Source: Desulfatiglandales bacterium
GTDB taxonomy: Bacteria; Desulfobacterota; DSM-4660; Desulfatiglandales; HGW-15
Length of the DNA: 45,135 bases
Direction: 5' to 3'
Assembly (NCBI GenBank): GCA_030145585.1
Contig: JAQYVK010000604.1
Span: forward strand, 1-45,135
Part shown: piece by piece, positions 19,383 through 29,177 of the stretch
How positions within the stretch are numbered: the stretch's first letter is position 1
How the letters are laid out: each line of letters opens with the position of its first letter
Translations under genes and position numbers: made by a program
The notes under the pieces: model-generated
What the model was told of the DNA's origin: nothing
Databases searched by the model: none
Seen by the model: the letters and a program-made list of their open reading frames with translations, nothing else

Positions 19383-20325
19383 AATTTTCAGGGAGCTTCA
19401 ACCTGACCACCCGCCCCAGGTCGCCCAGGTTTTCAAGCCTCTTTTCGTTGAAATCGAATTCAACACCGGCGGCATTTCCGATCAGCACATTAAAGCCGTC
19501 CATGCCTTTCCACTGAGGCCTGCTGCCCGGTTGGAATATGTATTCTTTTGGTTCCTGCTGGTCCACACAGATTCTTATCCAAGTTCTGGCATTCACATGA
19601 CCGGTAAGGACAAAGCGTGCTTCGCCCTCTTCAGCCTCAGATGCCGGCTCAGTGGTTTTGGGAGCGATCACCATTGGTTCTGCCGGTGTCTCGACCTCCA
19701 ACGAAGCCACCTCCGAAGCTTGTTCTTTTTGATCGGTCTGGTCCGGTTCCACTTTGGCTTCCTCTGTAATCTCCGCTATCTTGGTCTCAACCTCCGGTTC
19801 TTTCGGTTTGGGGACTTCGGTTTCCATGGCGGTTGAGGGCTCTTGCCGTGGCTCCGGGGGAGGCGTTATTTCAGGTTGAAGAGGGGTATATATGGAAAAG
19901 GGATATAATATCCACAGGATCAAGGCAGCAACCCCAATCAGTAAAAATGCCAGAAAAAAGAAAGGACCAATTTTGGCCTTGGGACGTTTTACAAGGGGCC
20001 TGGGGGCCAACGACTTTGCGGGCATGCTTTTTTCATATAACTCAAGGGCCCTTTTCTCATCCACCCCAACGACCTGGGCGTATGAGGTTATAAAACCCCT
20101 GACGAATACCCCGGAAGGCAGATTTTCCCAATCCTCATTTTCCAAAGCCTCTACAAAGTGTTTTCTGAGACGGGTGACCTCAACGACTTGCTCCCGGCTG
20201 AGGCCCATTTTTTCCCGCTCTCGTTTGAACAGCTCTCCCAGACCGATCGCTTTTTGGGATTCTGCTTCAGCCTTTATAGCTTCTTTCTTTGGGCTCTCTT
20301 CTTGCTCTTTTTTTGTCATAAACAA
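19357..20325 (-). CDS. rodZ: RodZ-like protein (HTH - TM - DUF4115)
   Basis: N-terminal HTH (LGELFKRERE...FVRGFITSYA), one TM helix, Pro/Glu linker, TWIRICVD...IGNAAGV. Confidence 0.85.
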   Translation of the reverse strand: MFMTKKEQEESPKKEAIKAEAESQKAIGLGELFKREREKMGLSREQVVEVTRLRKHFVEALENEDWENLPSGVFVRGFITSYAQVVGVDEKRALELYEKSMPAKSLAPRPLVKRPKAKIGPFFFLAFLLIGVAALILWILYPFSIYTPLQPEITPPPEPRQEPSTAMETEVPKPKEPEVETKIAEITEEAKVEPDQTDQKEQASEVASLEVETPAEPMVIAPKTTEPASEAEEGEARFVLTGHVNARTWIRICVDQQEPKEYIFQPGSRPQWKGMDGFNVLIGNAAGVEFDFNEKRLENLGDLGRVVRLKLPENFEGSKCEE

Positions 20326-20474
20326 CCTGGGTATTTCTTGAATCTGAACTTTGTTTCGTTTAACAAACGGAAAGGTTCCTCACCACGGGCTGGGAGCGGA
20401 GCTGAAGAACCGAGGCCGAATGATTCAGGTCCGGCTAGAGAAGATGAGGACCATAGAATCAAAAGACTTACCGG

Positions 20475-21449
20475 TTAAAAGATGATTTTCGTATATGAAC
20501 GCTCCCTGAGCTCTTGGATCCAGGCATTGTACCTTTTGTCAATTTCCTCCTGATATAAAATCCCGTAGATGGCATCTTGGACATCCTCAAAGGACTTTGC
20601 CTTTCCGCCCTCTTTTTTGACCACCATGATGATCTGAACACCTTTTGGCATGATGATGAGATCAGTGAAGCCACCTTCCGGAATCACCTCGAGGATCTTC
20701 TTCAATCCGGGATTCAGCTCATCCAATTGAAAAACACCCAGGTACCCCCCATCCTCTGCACCGGGGCCTTGAGAAAATTTTCTTGCCAAATCCTTGAAAT
20801 CCTCCCCGCCTTTCAATCTGGCCAGAATATCCCCGCCCTTTTTTTCGATTTCAAGAGATTCCTTTTTATCCTCCGGATTCTTAGGAAGCAGAAAAATACT
20901 GGCGAGGTGAACCTTCACCTCGCCACTGAAACTATTCTTGTGCTCCTCGTAATACTGGGTCATCGTCTCTTCCCTGATGAGAATCCTTGATCTGACCTCA
21001 TAGTTGATTAACTCGATGCGCTCGAGCTCTTCCCTCATGTTCTCTTTGTACTTTTCGAGAGATAAGCCCTCCTTTTGAATTCTGGATACAAGGTCCTCCT
21101 GGGTCCACTTATTATCACTTTTTATCTTTTCAATGGCATCGTCGATTTTTTTCTGACTGACCTCAATGCCCATTTCCAGAACCTTTGCTTGCTTAATCTT
21201 GTCATCGATCAGGAGTTCCAATATCTTGCCCCTGACCTCATAGTACTGATCTTCATTCTGGCTCCTCAGTTCAACGGGTGTACGACCGGTTAATTCTTTG
21301 ATTTTCTTGTTCAATTCATAAAGCGTGACAAGGTCGTCATTGACAATAGCGACGACCCGGTTGAGGGTCTCTCCGCTGGCATGGTGAAAACCGGGCAGGG
21401 CCAGCATGGCCAAAAAGAGGAGGATCCTCATTGATCTTGGGCAATTCAT
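20475..21449 (-). CDS. surA: SurA-like periplasmic chaperone / parvulin PPIase
   Basis: RVVAIVNDDLVT N-domain; FKDLARKFSQGPGAEDGGYLG rotamase motif. Confidence 0.85.
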   Translation of the reverse strand: MNCPRSMRILLFLAMLALPGFHHASGETLNRVVAIVNDDLVTLYELNKKIKELTGRTPVELRSQNEDQYYEVRGKILELLIDDKIKQAKVLEMGIEVSQKKIDDAIEKIKSDNKWTQEDLVSRIQKEGLSLEKYKENMREELERIELINYEVRSRILIREETMTQYYEEHKNSFSGEVKVHLASIFLLPKNPEDKKESLEIEKKGGDILARLKGGEDFKDLARKFSQGPGAEDGGYLGVFQLDELNPGLKKILEVIPEGGFTDLIIMPKGVQIIMVVKKEGGKAKSFEDVQDAIYGILYQEEIDKRYNAWIQELRERSYTKIIF

Positions 21450-22390
21450 TATCCCAACTCCAGGGTTTTCAGAAGGTCTGCATTGATTTCTACAGGAATG
21501 GTGTCTTTCAGCTCACTAAGCCACTTTTTGTAGAATTGCGCCTCCTTCTGATAAAAAAGTTTTGATTCAATTTCCGTGATTGCCTCGGGAAGGCTTTGAA
21601 TTCCTGCAGGACGCTTGGAAATGACCTTGAAGATATGGAATCCATGAACCGTCTTTACCACGGGACTTATTTTCCCGATGGGTAAAGTAAAAATCACTTT
21701 ACTCATAGAGGCCTCCAGGTGTTCCTCAGCAACCCAACCTACCTCGCCCCCATGGTCCGCTTCAGGAGTGATAGAGTATTTTCCGGCGAGCTGACCCATA
21801 TCTTCTCCCTGCTTCAATCTCCTCCAAATTTTTTCCGCTTCCGTCTTATCTCCTATCACGATCTGCAGAAATTTTACCATGATGGGGCGCCTAAATTCAT
21901 CAGGGTGTGAATTGAAATACAACTTGATTTCCTGATGGGATACCGGCGGGATACTCTCCGAAGCTTTGGCCACAATCTTTTTGACAAGGAGATGCTCTTT
22001 TAAGCCCACTTTCCAATCTTCATAATCGATATATCCATGGAGGAGTATTTTCCGAAGGTCCTGTTCAGAGTAGTCTCTCTCCATTTTCCTCACCGCGGCG
22101 TCAAGGTCCTCCTCAGAAATAAAGATTCCCCTCTCACGGCCGTATTCAAGAATAAGGTAGTGATCTACGATTCTGTTGACCAGCGGTTCGAGTATTTGTT
22201 CCACACTCTGATCCGTGATTCCCATTTCAGAGGTGAAGCGTTTGATATCCTGGTTCAATTCACCTATGGATATTTCCCTTTTCCCCACGGTGATGACCGT
22301 TTTCTCTTCAGGTCTTTCAAAGAGATCACCACATCCGGTAAAAGAGAAAAGAAACGCGATGAGACAATAATAAAGCCTTTTCAAAACCAT
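21449..22390 (-). CDS. Parvulin-type peptidyl-prolyl isomerase lipoprotein (PrsA/SurA-like)
   Basis: Lipobox FTGC; LAGKYSITPEADHGGEVGW...SPVVKTVHGFHIFKV. Confidence 0.87.
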   Translation of the reverse strand: MVLKRLYYCLIAFLFSFTGCGDLFERPEEKTVITVGKREISIGELNQDIKRFTSEMGITDQSVEQILEPLVNRIVDHYLILEYGRERGIFISEEDLDAAVRKMERDYSEQDLRKILLHGYIDYEDWKVGLKEHLLVKKIVAKASESIPPVSHQEIKLYFNSHPDEFRRPIMVKFLQIVIGDKTEAEKIWRRLKQGEDMGQLAGKYSITPEADHGGEVGWVAEEHLEASMSKVIFTLPIGKISPVVKTVHGFHIFKVISKRPAGIQSLPEAITEIESKLFYQKEAQFYKKWLSELKDTIPVEINADLLKTLELG

Positions 22391-22670
22391 GAATAATGTC
22401 CGAGGTCAGATATTCTTTTGGGTTGGGACGCCCTTGAACCTCATCCTAAAGGGGAACAATGTTATAAATAATCTGACCTAATGATAAATAAGTTAGAATA
22501 ACATTTATTAAAGATATTGCAAGTATTATCTTACATCCCGGCCAATCTACAATCAATGGAAATTACTGGCGAAGCTCCGCCCCAAGCCTATGAATTGACA
22601 GCTAAAAAGTCCTCATCGCGCCCGCCCTATAATTGCTTTGGGCGGGTAAGCGAAGTGATGTTGGAAATAA

Positions 22671-22780
22671 AGGGCATAGGGCCTAGGGCGCACGGCTCAA
22701 GGTATTTGAAAATTATTTCGCCTTTGTGATGCCGGTTGTGAAAATTGATCTTTACAACCGGCAGCCTTATGCCTTGAGCC
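22671..22780. repeat. Inverted heptamer-arm element carrying a REP-like hairpin (22728-22762)
   Basis: GGGCATA-GGGCCTA-GGGCGCA-CGGCTCA-AGG arm and CCTTATG-CCTTGAG-CC arm; the hairpin differs from 8572-8606 only in the loop. Confidence 0.6.
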
Positions 22781-22901
22781 ACTTTACATCATGCGTGATA
22801 CAAAAATTGAACCTAAAAGTTCAGATCTGGGTGTGAAAAAACACACAGTAACAAAAGGCAGAAAACCCCGCCTGAAACTGGTGGTGAAGTGATCATAGAA
22901 C

Positions 22902-25900
22902 TTATAATGTGGAGGTGAATGCTTCGAGCACCTTTTTCCCTTTTATAATGGCATCCAGCGACTTTTCGGTACCGGTTTCCACTCTCAACTTTTTATCAGA
23001 TAAAAACTGAAACCTCTCAGGTCTTTTTTCAAACCACTGGATCACCTTTTCGGGCGCTATCTTCGTATCCGGTGAAAAGGTCAATATCAGCCCATCATGT
23101 CTCACGTCAAGCTTGCTGATGTCCATTTTTTTCAACAGGAGTTTGACGGACATGACCTCGATCAAACCGGATACCTCCGGTGGTGATAAACCAAAACGAT
23201 CTTGCATTTCTTCCACCATGGCCTTCAATTCCGATTCCTCGCGAATAAAGGATAAACGACGATATAGGTTCAACCTCACATCCGTATCAGAGATGTAATC
23301 GGCGGGGAGAAAAGCCGGTATATTAATATTAATTTCAGGGTCTATCTCTTCATGCCATTCCTCCCCTTTCAATTCCGCAATACTTTGTTCAATCAATCGC
23401 ATGTAGAGTTCATACCCGATGGCCGAGATGTGACCTGATTGTGAAAAACCAAGGATGTTCCCTCCGCCCCTAATCTTCAGATCATGCATGGCCAGGTGAA
23501 TACCCGCACCCAAATGAGAAAAATCCATCAGAGCCCGCAGTCTCTTTTCCGCATTCCGTGTCAGGTCGGAAGTCTTGGAGAGGAGGAGGTAGGCATGGGC
23601 GCCCTCACCCGCCCGCCCGACCCGGCCACGGAGTTGGTATATTTGGGATAGTCCGAATCGGTCTACATCATGAATGATAATGGTGTTGGCCGAAGGAATA
23701 TCCAGCCCCGACTCGATAATGGTGGTACATACCAATATATCAATCTCTCTCTGAAGAAAGCGGAACATGGTATCTTCCAAATCCCTCTCCTTCATTTGAC
23801 CGTGGGCGATGCCGAACCTCCCTTTCGGGAGCAATTGCTTCAATCTCTCAGCCATATTGGCTATGGTCCGAACCCGATTGTGGACGAAAAACACCTGTCC
23901 GCCCCGTTCCAATTCAGATTCAATGGCATGAACAATGGTCGCTTCATCATAGTGGGAGAGATGGGTCTGAATGGCAAGCCGGTCCTCGGGAGGCGTCTCG
24001 ATGATACTGAGGTCCCTGATACCCATCAATGACAAATGAAAGGTCCTGGGAATCGGGGTAGCAGTCAGTGCCAGGACATCAACCAGAGTCCGATACTTTT
24101 TTAGTTTTTCTTTTTGTTTGACGCCGAATCGCTGTTCTTCATCGATAATCAACAGGCCCAGCTCTTTGAAGCTGATATCTTTTTGCAATAAACGGTGGGT
24201 CCCTATCAGGACATCGACCTTCCCGGACCGGCCCCTTGCAATCGTTTCTTTTTGCATCGCTTTGGTCTTAAAGCGGCTGAGTACGCCAACTTCAATCTGA
24301 TAGGGTTTCATCCGCTTTTTGAAGGTCTCATAGTGCTGTTCGGCCAGGATGGTTGTGGGCACAAGGAGGGCGACCTGTTTTCCATCCATGACCGCTTTGA
24401 AGGCGGCCCTGATTGCGACCTCGGTCTTTCCAAAACCCACATCCCCGCATATCAGGCGGTCCATGGGACGCTCGGATTCCATATCCGAGAGGACATCATC
24501 GATGGCCTTGATTTGATCGGGGGTCTCCTCATGTTCAAAGGTCGCTTCAAACTCTCTATATTCGTTGTCCGGGCGGGAAAAAGCATACCCTTTCAGGTGT
24601 TTCCGAATGGCATATATTTCGACAAGTTGTTTGGCGATCTCCCTGATAGATTTTTTGGCCTTTTGCTTAACCAAATCCCATGAACGTCCACCCAACCTGT
24701 CAAGTTTGGGATTTTTTTCATCGGCCGCAATATACTTTTGGAGGATGTTGATATGATCGGCCGGGATGTAGAGACGATCATTGTATGCGTAGTCAATAAT
24801 GACGAAGTCATTGATTTTTTGTTCGATCTCCATCTTGGAGAGGCCCCCGTATCGGCCTATGCCATGGTCCTGATGGACGACAAGATCGCCCTCCTTGAGC
24901 TGGCTAAACGAGGTCCATCCAAGTCTTTTATCTCCCGCCTTTCTTTTTGCCACAGACCGCTTGGGACCAAAGATTTCATCCTCGCTAACCACATTGATTC
25001 CTAGGTCCGGCCAGGAAAAGCCCTTGGAGAGACGTCCCAAACAAATACTCAGGCCCTTGCCGTCGGAGACCACACCCCAGTGGCTTACCACTTCATCTAC
25101 CGGAACCTCGTAGTTGCGAAGAATCTCTTCCAGTCGATGTGCCTGCTGTTCTGTTCTACAGATAAGCACGACCCTGGACCCAAGATTCAGCCAATCAGCG
25201 ATTTTTTCTGCGAGGGGTGCCAGGGAGCGGCGACCTCTACCGGCGAGTTTGAGCTCAAGGTCTTCCTCTATATTAAAGGCTGCTGTAATGTGGAGAGCTC
25301 GGGTCGGGCCCTCTTTTTTTTCGATGGCCAACTCACTGAACCCGACACGCTGGTAGCGAACAAAGCATTGTTCAATGGTTTCGCGAGAGGCAAGAATACC
25401 TTCGATCTCGGGAAAAAGACCTTCCCGTTCTCTTGCCTCTATGCGGTATCTCTCTGTATCCTTATTAAACTTCTCAACAAATTTGCCTGCCTGATCTTCA
25501 AGACGATCAGGGTCCATTAATAACAGAAGACCGTTTTCAGGGAAGTAATCGAAAAGGGTATCAAGGTGGGAATAAAAATGATTCAACCAGGCTTCTTGAC
25601 CTGCAAAAGAGCCTGCCCCATGGGTCTCCCGAGGAAGCCGACCCATGGACCTGGCCCTGTTGACATTCTCCTTCCCCATGATGATTTCATTGGCAGGAAG
25701 GAGCACCATTTCATTCAGATGGTTCGTGGACCTCTGGTTCAAAGGATCAAAATGGCGGATGGATTCGATCCGATCGCCCCAGAATTCCAGGCGCAAGGGC
25801 TGGACATACAAGGGGGGGAATATATCGATAACACCGCCCCTTACTGAATAATCCCCCCTCTCTTCTACGAGGGAGGTGTGGAGGTATCCCTTTGACTCGA

Positions 25901-26378
25901 GCCCATGCAAAAGATCTTCCCTCTGGACCTCCTCCTGCACTTCTAAATATTCGATGGCCTTTATCATCGACTCTTTTGGTAAAATTCTTAAGAAGATCGT
26001 TTCAATCGATGTGACCACGATAGGGTTTTTCTCTGCGGTCAGGCGGTAGAGGGACTCGAGACGGCGACTGATCACATCCCCATGGGGACTCAGTCCGGTC
26101 AGGGGAGATATGTCGTATATGGGGAAATCGAATAACCGCCTTTCACCCTCGTCGGATGCGCCGTTCGATTCAGAAAGAAATAGGCCCAGCTCCCTGTAAA
26201 GACGGGTTGCATCTTTTGCCTGGGGTAGAATGATAAGGCTGGGCCTTTCAATATCCTTCAATAAGCCGGCTAAAAAATACGCCCTCACAGCACCTGTCAG
26301 CCCGGTTACGTGGAGGTCCGTGATCCCCTCTCCGATCCATTTTTTCAACGCGGCAAGATTTTTATTTGGTTGTGTCAT
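22902..26378 (-). CDS. mfd: Transcription-repair coupling factor
   Basis: UvrB-like N-terminus, CarD-like GDLVVHQDHGIG, GDVGFGKT, DEEQRFG, QLRGRVGR, TRCF C-terminus. Confidence 0.98.
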   Translation of the reverse strand: MTQPNKNLAALKKWIGEGITDLHVTGLTGAVRAYFLAGLLKDIERPSLIILPQAKDATRLYRELGLFLSESNGASDEGERRLFDFPIYDISPLTGLSPHGDVISRRLESLYRLTAEKNPIVVTSIETIFLRILPKESMIKAIEYLEVQEEVQREDLLHGLESKGYLHTSLVEERGDYSVRGGVIDIFPPLYVQPLRLEFWGDRIESIRHFDPLNQRSTNHLNEMVLLPANEIIMGKENVNRARSMGRLPRETHGAGSFAGQEAWLNHFYSHLDTLFDYFPENGLLLLMDPDRLEDQAGKFVEKFNKDTERYRIEAREREGLFPEIEGILASRETIEQCFVRYQRVGFSELAIEKKEGPTRALHITAAFNIEEDLELKLAGRGRRSLAPLAEKIADWLNLGSRVVLICRTEQQAHRLEEILRNYEVPVDEVVSHWGVVSDGKGLSICLGRLSKGFSWPDLGINVVSEDEIFGPKRSVAKRKAGDKRLGWTSFSQLKEGDLVVHQDHGIGRYGGLSKMEIEQKINDFVIIDYAYNDRLYIPADHINILQKYIAADEKNPKLDRLGGRSWDLVKQKAKKSIREIAKQLVEIYAIRKHLKGYAFSRPDNEYREFEATFEHEETPDQIKAIDDVLSDMESERPMDRLICGDVGFGKTEVAIRAAFKAVMDGKQVALLVPTTILAEQHYETFKKRMKPYQIEVGVLSRFKTKAMQKETIARGRSGKVDVLIGTHRLLQKDISFKELGLLIIDEEQRFGVKQKEKLKKYRTLVDVLALTATPIPRTFHLSLMGIRDLSIIETPPEDRLAIQTHLSHYDEATIVHAIESELERGGQVFFVHNRVRTIANMAERLKQLLPKGRFGIAHGQMKERDLEDTMFRFLQREIDILVCTTIIESGLDIPSANTIIIHDVDRFGLSQIYQLRGRVGRAGEGAHAYLLLSKTSDLTRNAEKRLRALMDFSHLGAGIHLAMHDLKIRGGGNILGFSQSGHISAIGYELYMRLIEQSIAELKGEEWHEEIDPEININIPAFLPADYISDTDVRLNLYRRLSFIREESELKAMVEEMQDRFGLSPPEVSGLIEVMSVKLLLKKMDISKLDVRHDGLILTFSPDTKIAPEKVIQWFEKRPERFQFLSDKKLRVETGTEKSLDAIIKGKKVLEAFTSTL

Positions 26379-26585
26379 AACTCTATCAGGTCATCCATCC
26401 TCTCATATGCCACACCCTCTCACTATCACGGGCCGGCTTCAGTTCTTGTTATCATAAATGCAAAAGAGAAAAATCACCAAATAGAAAAACCATGGTGTGA
26501 AAGAAAGGGATCCTGATGCAGGGGTGGCGCATGACGGGGAGAGGGAAGGTTCCTTTGGATCTTCAGCCCCTTAGGAGGCGGTATT

Positions 26586-26709
26586 GTAACTTCTCAATAA
26601 GTTCGGGTGAATGCAAAATGTGAAAAAACATTTTCCCCCTCCCTCAGTCCCTCCCGCCAGGGGAGGGAAGATAGGGGAAGGTAGCGCCCCGGACTTATTG
26701 AGAAGTTAC
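26586..26709. mobile_element. 124-bp MITE with 22-bp terminal inverted repeats
   Basis: GTAACTTCTCAATAAGTTCGGG vs GTAACTTCTCAATAAGTCCGGG (21/22); internal CCCTCCC/GGGAGGG hairpin. Confidence 0.8.
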
Positions 26710-27173
26710 GCGGTATTGGGATCGGCTGATTTAATGAATTGGGTATTAATCAGATATTCATTTCCTTCTACTTCCAAACAAAAGAATCTTCGGCTATTGT
26801 TTAGGAAATCAGATAGCCGGGATTTGCTTTGAGGCAGATCGCTATACACTTTTCCCCCGATAGTCTGGCCCGAAAGGAAGGTGATCCGGGTTTCCATTTT
26901 TCTCTGATAGGAAACACCTTTAAGGTATTCACATCCCTCCGACTTGACCATGACAATAGATCCCTTTTGAAGGAGCAGGACTTTCCCCCCATCTATCTCG
27001 AAAGGCAAATAGGACCTCTCGTCAAGGAGCAAGTCCAATAGACACTCACCCCCAACACGGCCTTGTGCGTGCAGGAGGACGAAAAAGTAACCGGAAAGAC
27101 TGTTTCCGTCGGAAAAAACTATTTCCGCCTTCTTTTTTGACATTTCAATATTGAGTTTCATTTCCAGCTCCAC
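26706..27173 (-). CDS. Hypothetical protein with two similar small beta domains (DUF6812-like)
   Basis: Internal repeat (IVFSDGNSLSG...LLDLLLDERSYL / ITFLSGQTIGG...RLSDFLNNSRRFF); follows the pilT paralogue. Confidence 0.6.
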   Translation of the reverse strand: MELEMKLNIEMSKKKAEIVFSDGNSLSGYFFVLLHAQGRVGGECLLDLLLDERSYLPFEIDGGKVLLLQKGSIVMVKSEGCEYLKGVSYQRKMETRITFLSGQTIGGKVYSDLPQSKSRLSDFLNNSRRFFCLEVEGNEYLINTQFIKSADPNTA

Positions 27174-27253
27174 GGGGAAGGGTATTTGCTATTGACAATT
27201 ATGTGATAAAGCCAAAATGGCTTTTTGGCTGTCCTCATGGACAGCAACTTTCC

Positions 27254-28303
27254 CTACTTGGGCTTGTCTATCTCATTTTCTTTTAAATGGAGCCCCGCCT
27301 CTTCCCTACTCACAAGTCCCTGTTTCACTATTCCATTGATTTGGGCTTCCATGGTCTGCATGCCCTCATCCAGGCTTGCCTGAATCACATAAAAAATCTG
27401 GTAAGTTTTCTCCTCGTTTATGAGGTTTTGGATGGCCGGGTTCATGACCATCACTTCCACAGCAGCCACACGTCCCTGTCCATCGGATCTTCTCAAGAGT
27501 CGTTGAGAAATAACGCTCCGAAGCGACCCACTGACCATGGCCCTAATTGGGGCCTGTTGATATATGGGAAAAACATCAATCAGTCGATCAATCGTATCGG
27601 TAGCACTGGATGTGTGCAGGGTGCCGAGCACCAATAGGTTGCTCTCTGCAGCTGAGAGTGCGAGGTGAATTGTTTCCGGATCACTCATATCCCCCACGAC
27701 GATGACATCCGGATCTTCCCTCAATGCGGCTCTCAGACCAGAAGGAACACTCTTCACATGGTGGCCTAATTGCCTTTGATGGATGAGGCATTTACCCTTT
27801 GAATGGATAAACTCTATAGGGTCTTCCAGGGTAATAATGTGATAGTTTTTCTCCTTATTGATCAAATCGACGATGGCGGCGAGGGTGGTTGATTTACCTG
27901 ACCCTGTTGGCCCTGTGACCATTACGAGTCCACTTTGGGTACGCGCAAGATCCTGAATTGATTCAGGGAGCCCCAGCTCTTCCAAGGTCTTGACTTCCGG
28001 CGGAATGATTCGAAAGGCGGCCCCATAGCCTTTTCGTTCTGAAAAGACATTTGCGCGGTATCGGGCCACACCCTCCAGCTCGTATGAAAAATTGACGTCC
28101 TTTCGCTCTTTGAAGATCGCAAGATGCTCATCTTCCAGGATTTCCAAAAGCAGCATTTCAACCTCTCGGGCGGAAAGATCCTGAGATTTTGTTCTCTGTA
28201 ACTGCCCGTTGATTCTTAAGACTGGAGGACCGCCGGCCGAAATGTGGAGGTCGGAAGCGTCATGTTGGGTCATCATCTTTAGAAGTGTATCAATCTTTGC
28301 CAC
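27254..28303 (-). CDS. pilT: PilT/PilU family type IV pilus retraction ATPase paralogue with degenerate motifs
   Basis: ASDLHI, GPTGSGKSTT, TLEDPIE, ALREDPD, GTLHT, GMQTM; GTG start at 28303 follows GGAGG. Confidence 0.85.
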   Translation of the reverse strand: MAKIDTLLKMMTQHDASDLHISAGGPPVLRINGQLQRTKSQDLSAREVEMLLLEILEDEHLAIFKERKDVNFSYELEGVARYRANVFSERKGYGAAFRIIPPEVKTLEELGLPESIQDLARTQSGLVMVTGPTGSGKSTTLAAIVDLINKEKNYHIITLEDPIEFIHSKGKCLIHQRQLGHHVKSVPSGLRAALREDPDVIVVGDMSDPETIHLALSAAESNLLVLGTLHTSSATDTIDRLIDVFPIYQQAPIRAMVSGSLRSVISQRLLRRSDGQGRVAAVEVMVMNPAIQNLINEEKTYQIFYVIQASLDEGMQTMEAQINGIVKQGLVSREEAGLHLKENEIDKPK

Positions 28304-28387
28304 GAGATCCCTCCGGAATGATTGGTTCACTTTCGCTATCATGCAAGAAAGTGGCCATATATAGGTATTATTTAAGGTTCTTATATA

Positions 28388-28712
28388 TAGTTCTTCTCCA
28401 AATTAGTTGGAGAAGAGGATTCGAGGATCCAAGGATTCAAGGGTTCAAGTGTCTGTTTTGCAACGATCTCATCAATTCTTTAAACATCTATCATCCTTAA
28501 CCGTAATACTATAATATATTGAATTTGTTGTCTGAATTTTCCGGTTATCCTGTAAATAGCCAAGCAGGGTTTATGAAATCACTTCAAATCTTTTAACTAC
28601 CTGTATTTCTATGGTTTTTCACTAGAACCCTTGACCCCTCGGCTCTTGCCCGCCGTGTTTGTGGCGGGCCGAATCCTTCTAATCTGAGCAACCTCTTTGA
28701 AAATGAACTCTA
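28388..28712. mobile_element. MITE-like element with inverted octamer arms and a nested REP-like hairpin
   Basis: GGATTCGA-GGATCCAA-GGATTCAA-GGGTTCAA arm (28417-28448) mirrored at 28620-28678; ends related to 131-216. Confidence 0.6.
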
Positions 28713-28977
28713 CAGTTTTCCTTCAACTAAATCGGAGATGATCCTTATATATAAAACACCTCAGCATTACACTCGCCTCTGTCCGGCTGAAACCCTGTTT
28801 CAGCAAGAAAGACACTTTCAGCCGGACAACCATCCTACAGAGCAAACTTATCCTTCTGGTCACGATATCAATGATGCGGAGGCTTCGGCAGAAAGTGAAG
28901 ACCTCTGTGCACAGCACGTCCTGGCTCTTACACGAATTTGGTTAGGTAATCTTTAAGATGTTTAATGGTCATAACAT

Positions 28978-29005
28978 ATCATATCATTAAGAAAAATGAT
29001 ATCAA
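28978..29005 (-). promoter_or_regulatory. Putative sigma70 promoter with an internal dyad, facing pilT
   Basis: TTGATA-N16-TATGAT overlapped by ATATCATT-N6-AATGATAT. Confidence 0.4.
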
Positions 29006-29177
29006 TTTAGTTCAATAAAGGTGGTATGAGACCCGGTCAACCTGGCACCAAGAATTCAGGACCTGACAAAGGCCTTGGATTGCGATATATTCATTAGTAA
29101 AGAAAAGGTCAACATGCTCGAAGGTCCTTTTCCTTTTCAACGGGGAGGGTACCAGTCGTAAAAAGTCATTCAAAGCC

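Noticed and set aside
18411-19406. Long antisense ORF (331 aa) and similar ones at 5628-6194, 12633-13337, 4872-5456 and 41745-42326
   Set aside because: Shadow frames opposite well-supported genes, with no recognisable motifs.
20360-20470. GC-rich spacer containing TCAGGTCCGG, reminiscent of SRP RNA
   Set aside because: Lacks the following AAGGAAGCAGC core of SRP RNA.
22403-22479. AGGTCAGAT...ATCTGACCT inverted repeat upstream of the PPIase gene
   Set aside because: Only 9 bp and single copy in the window; too weak to call.
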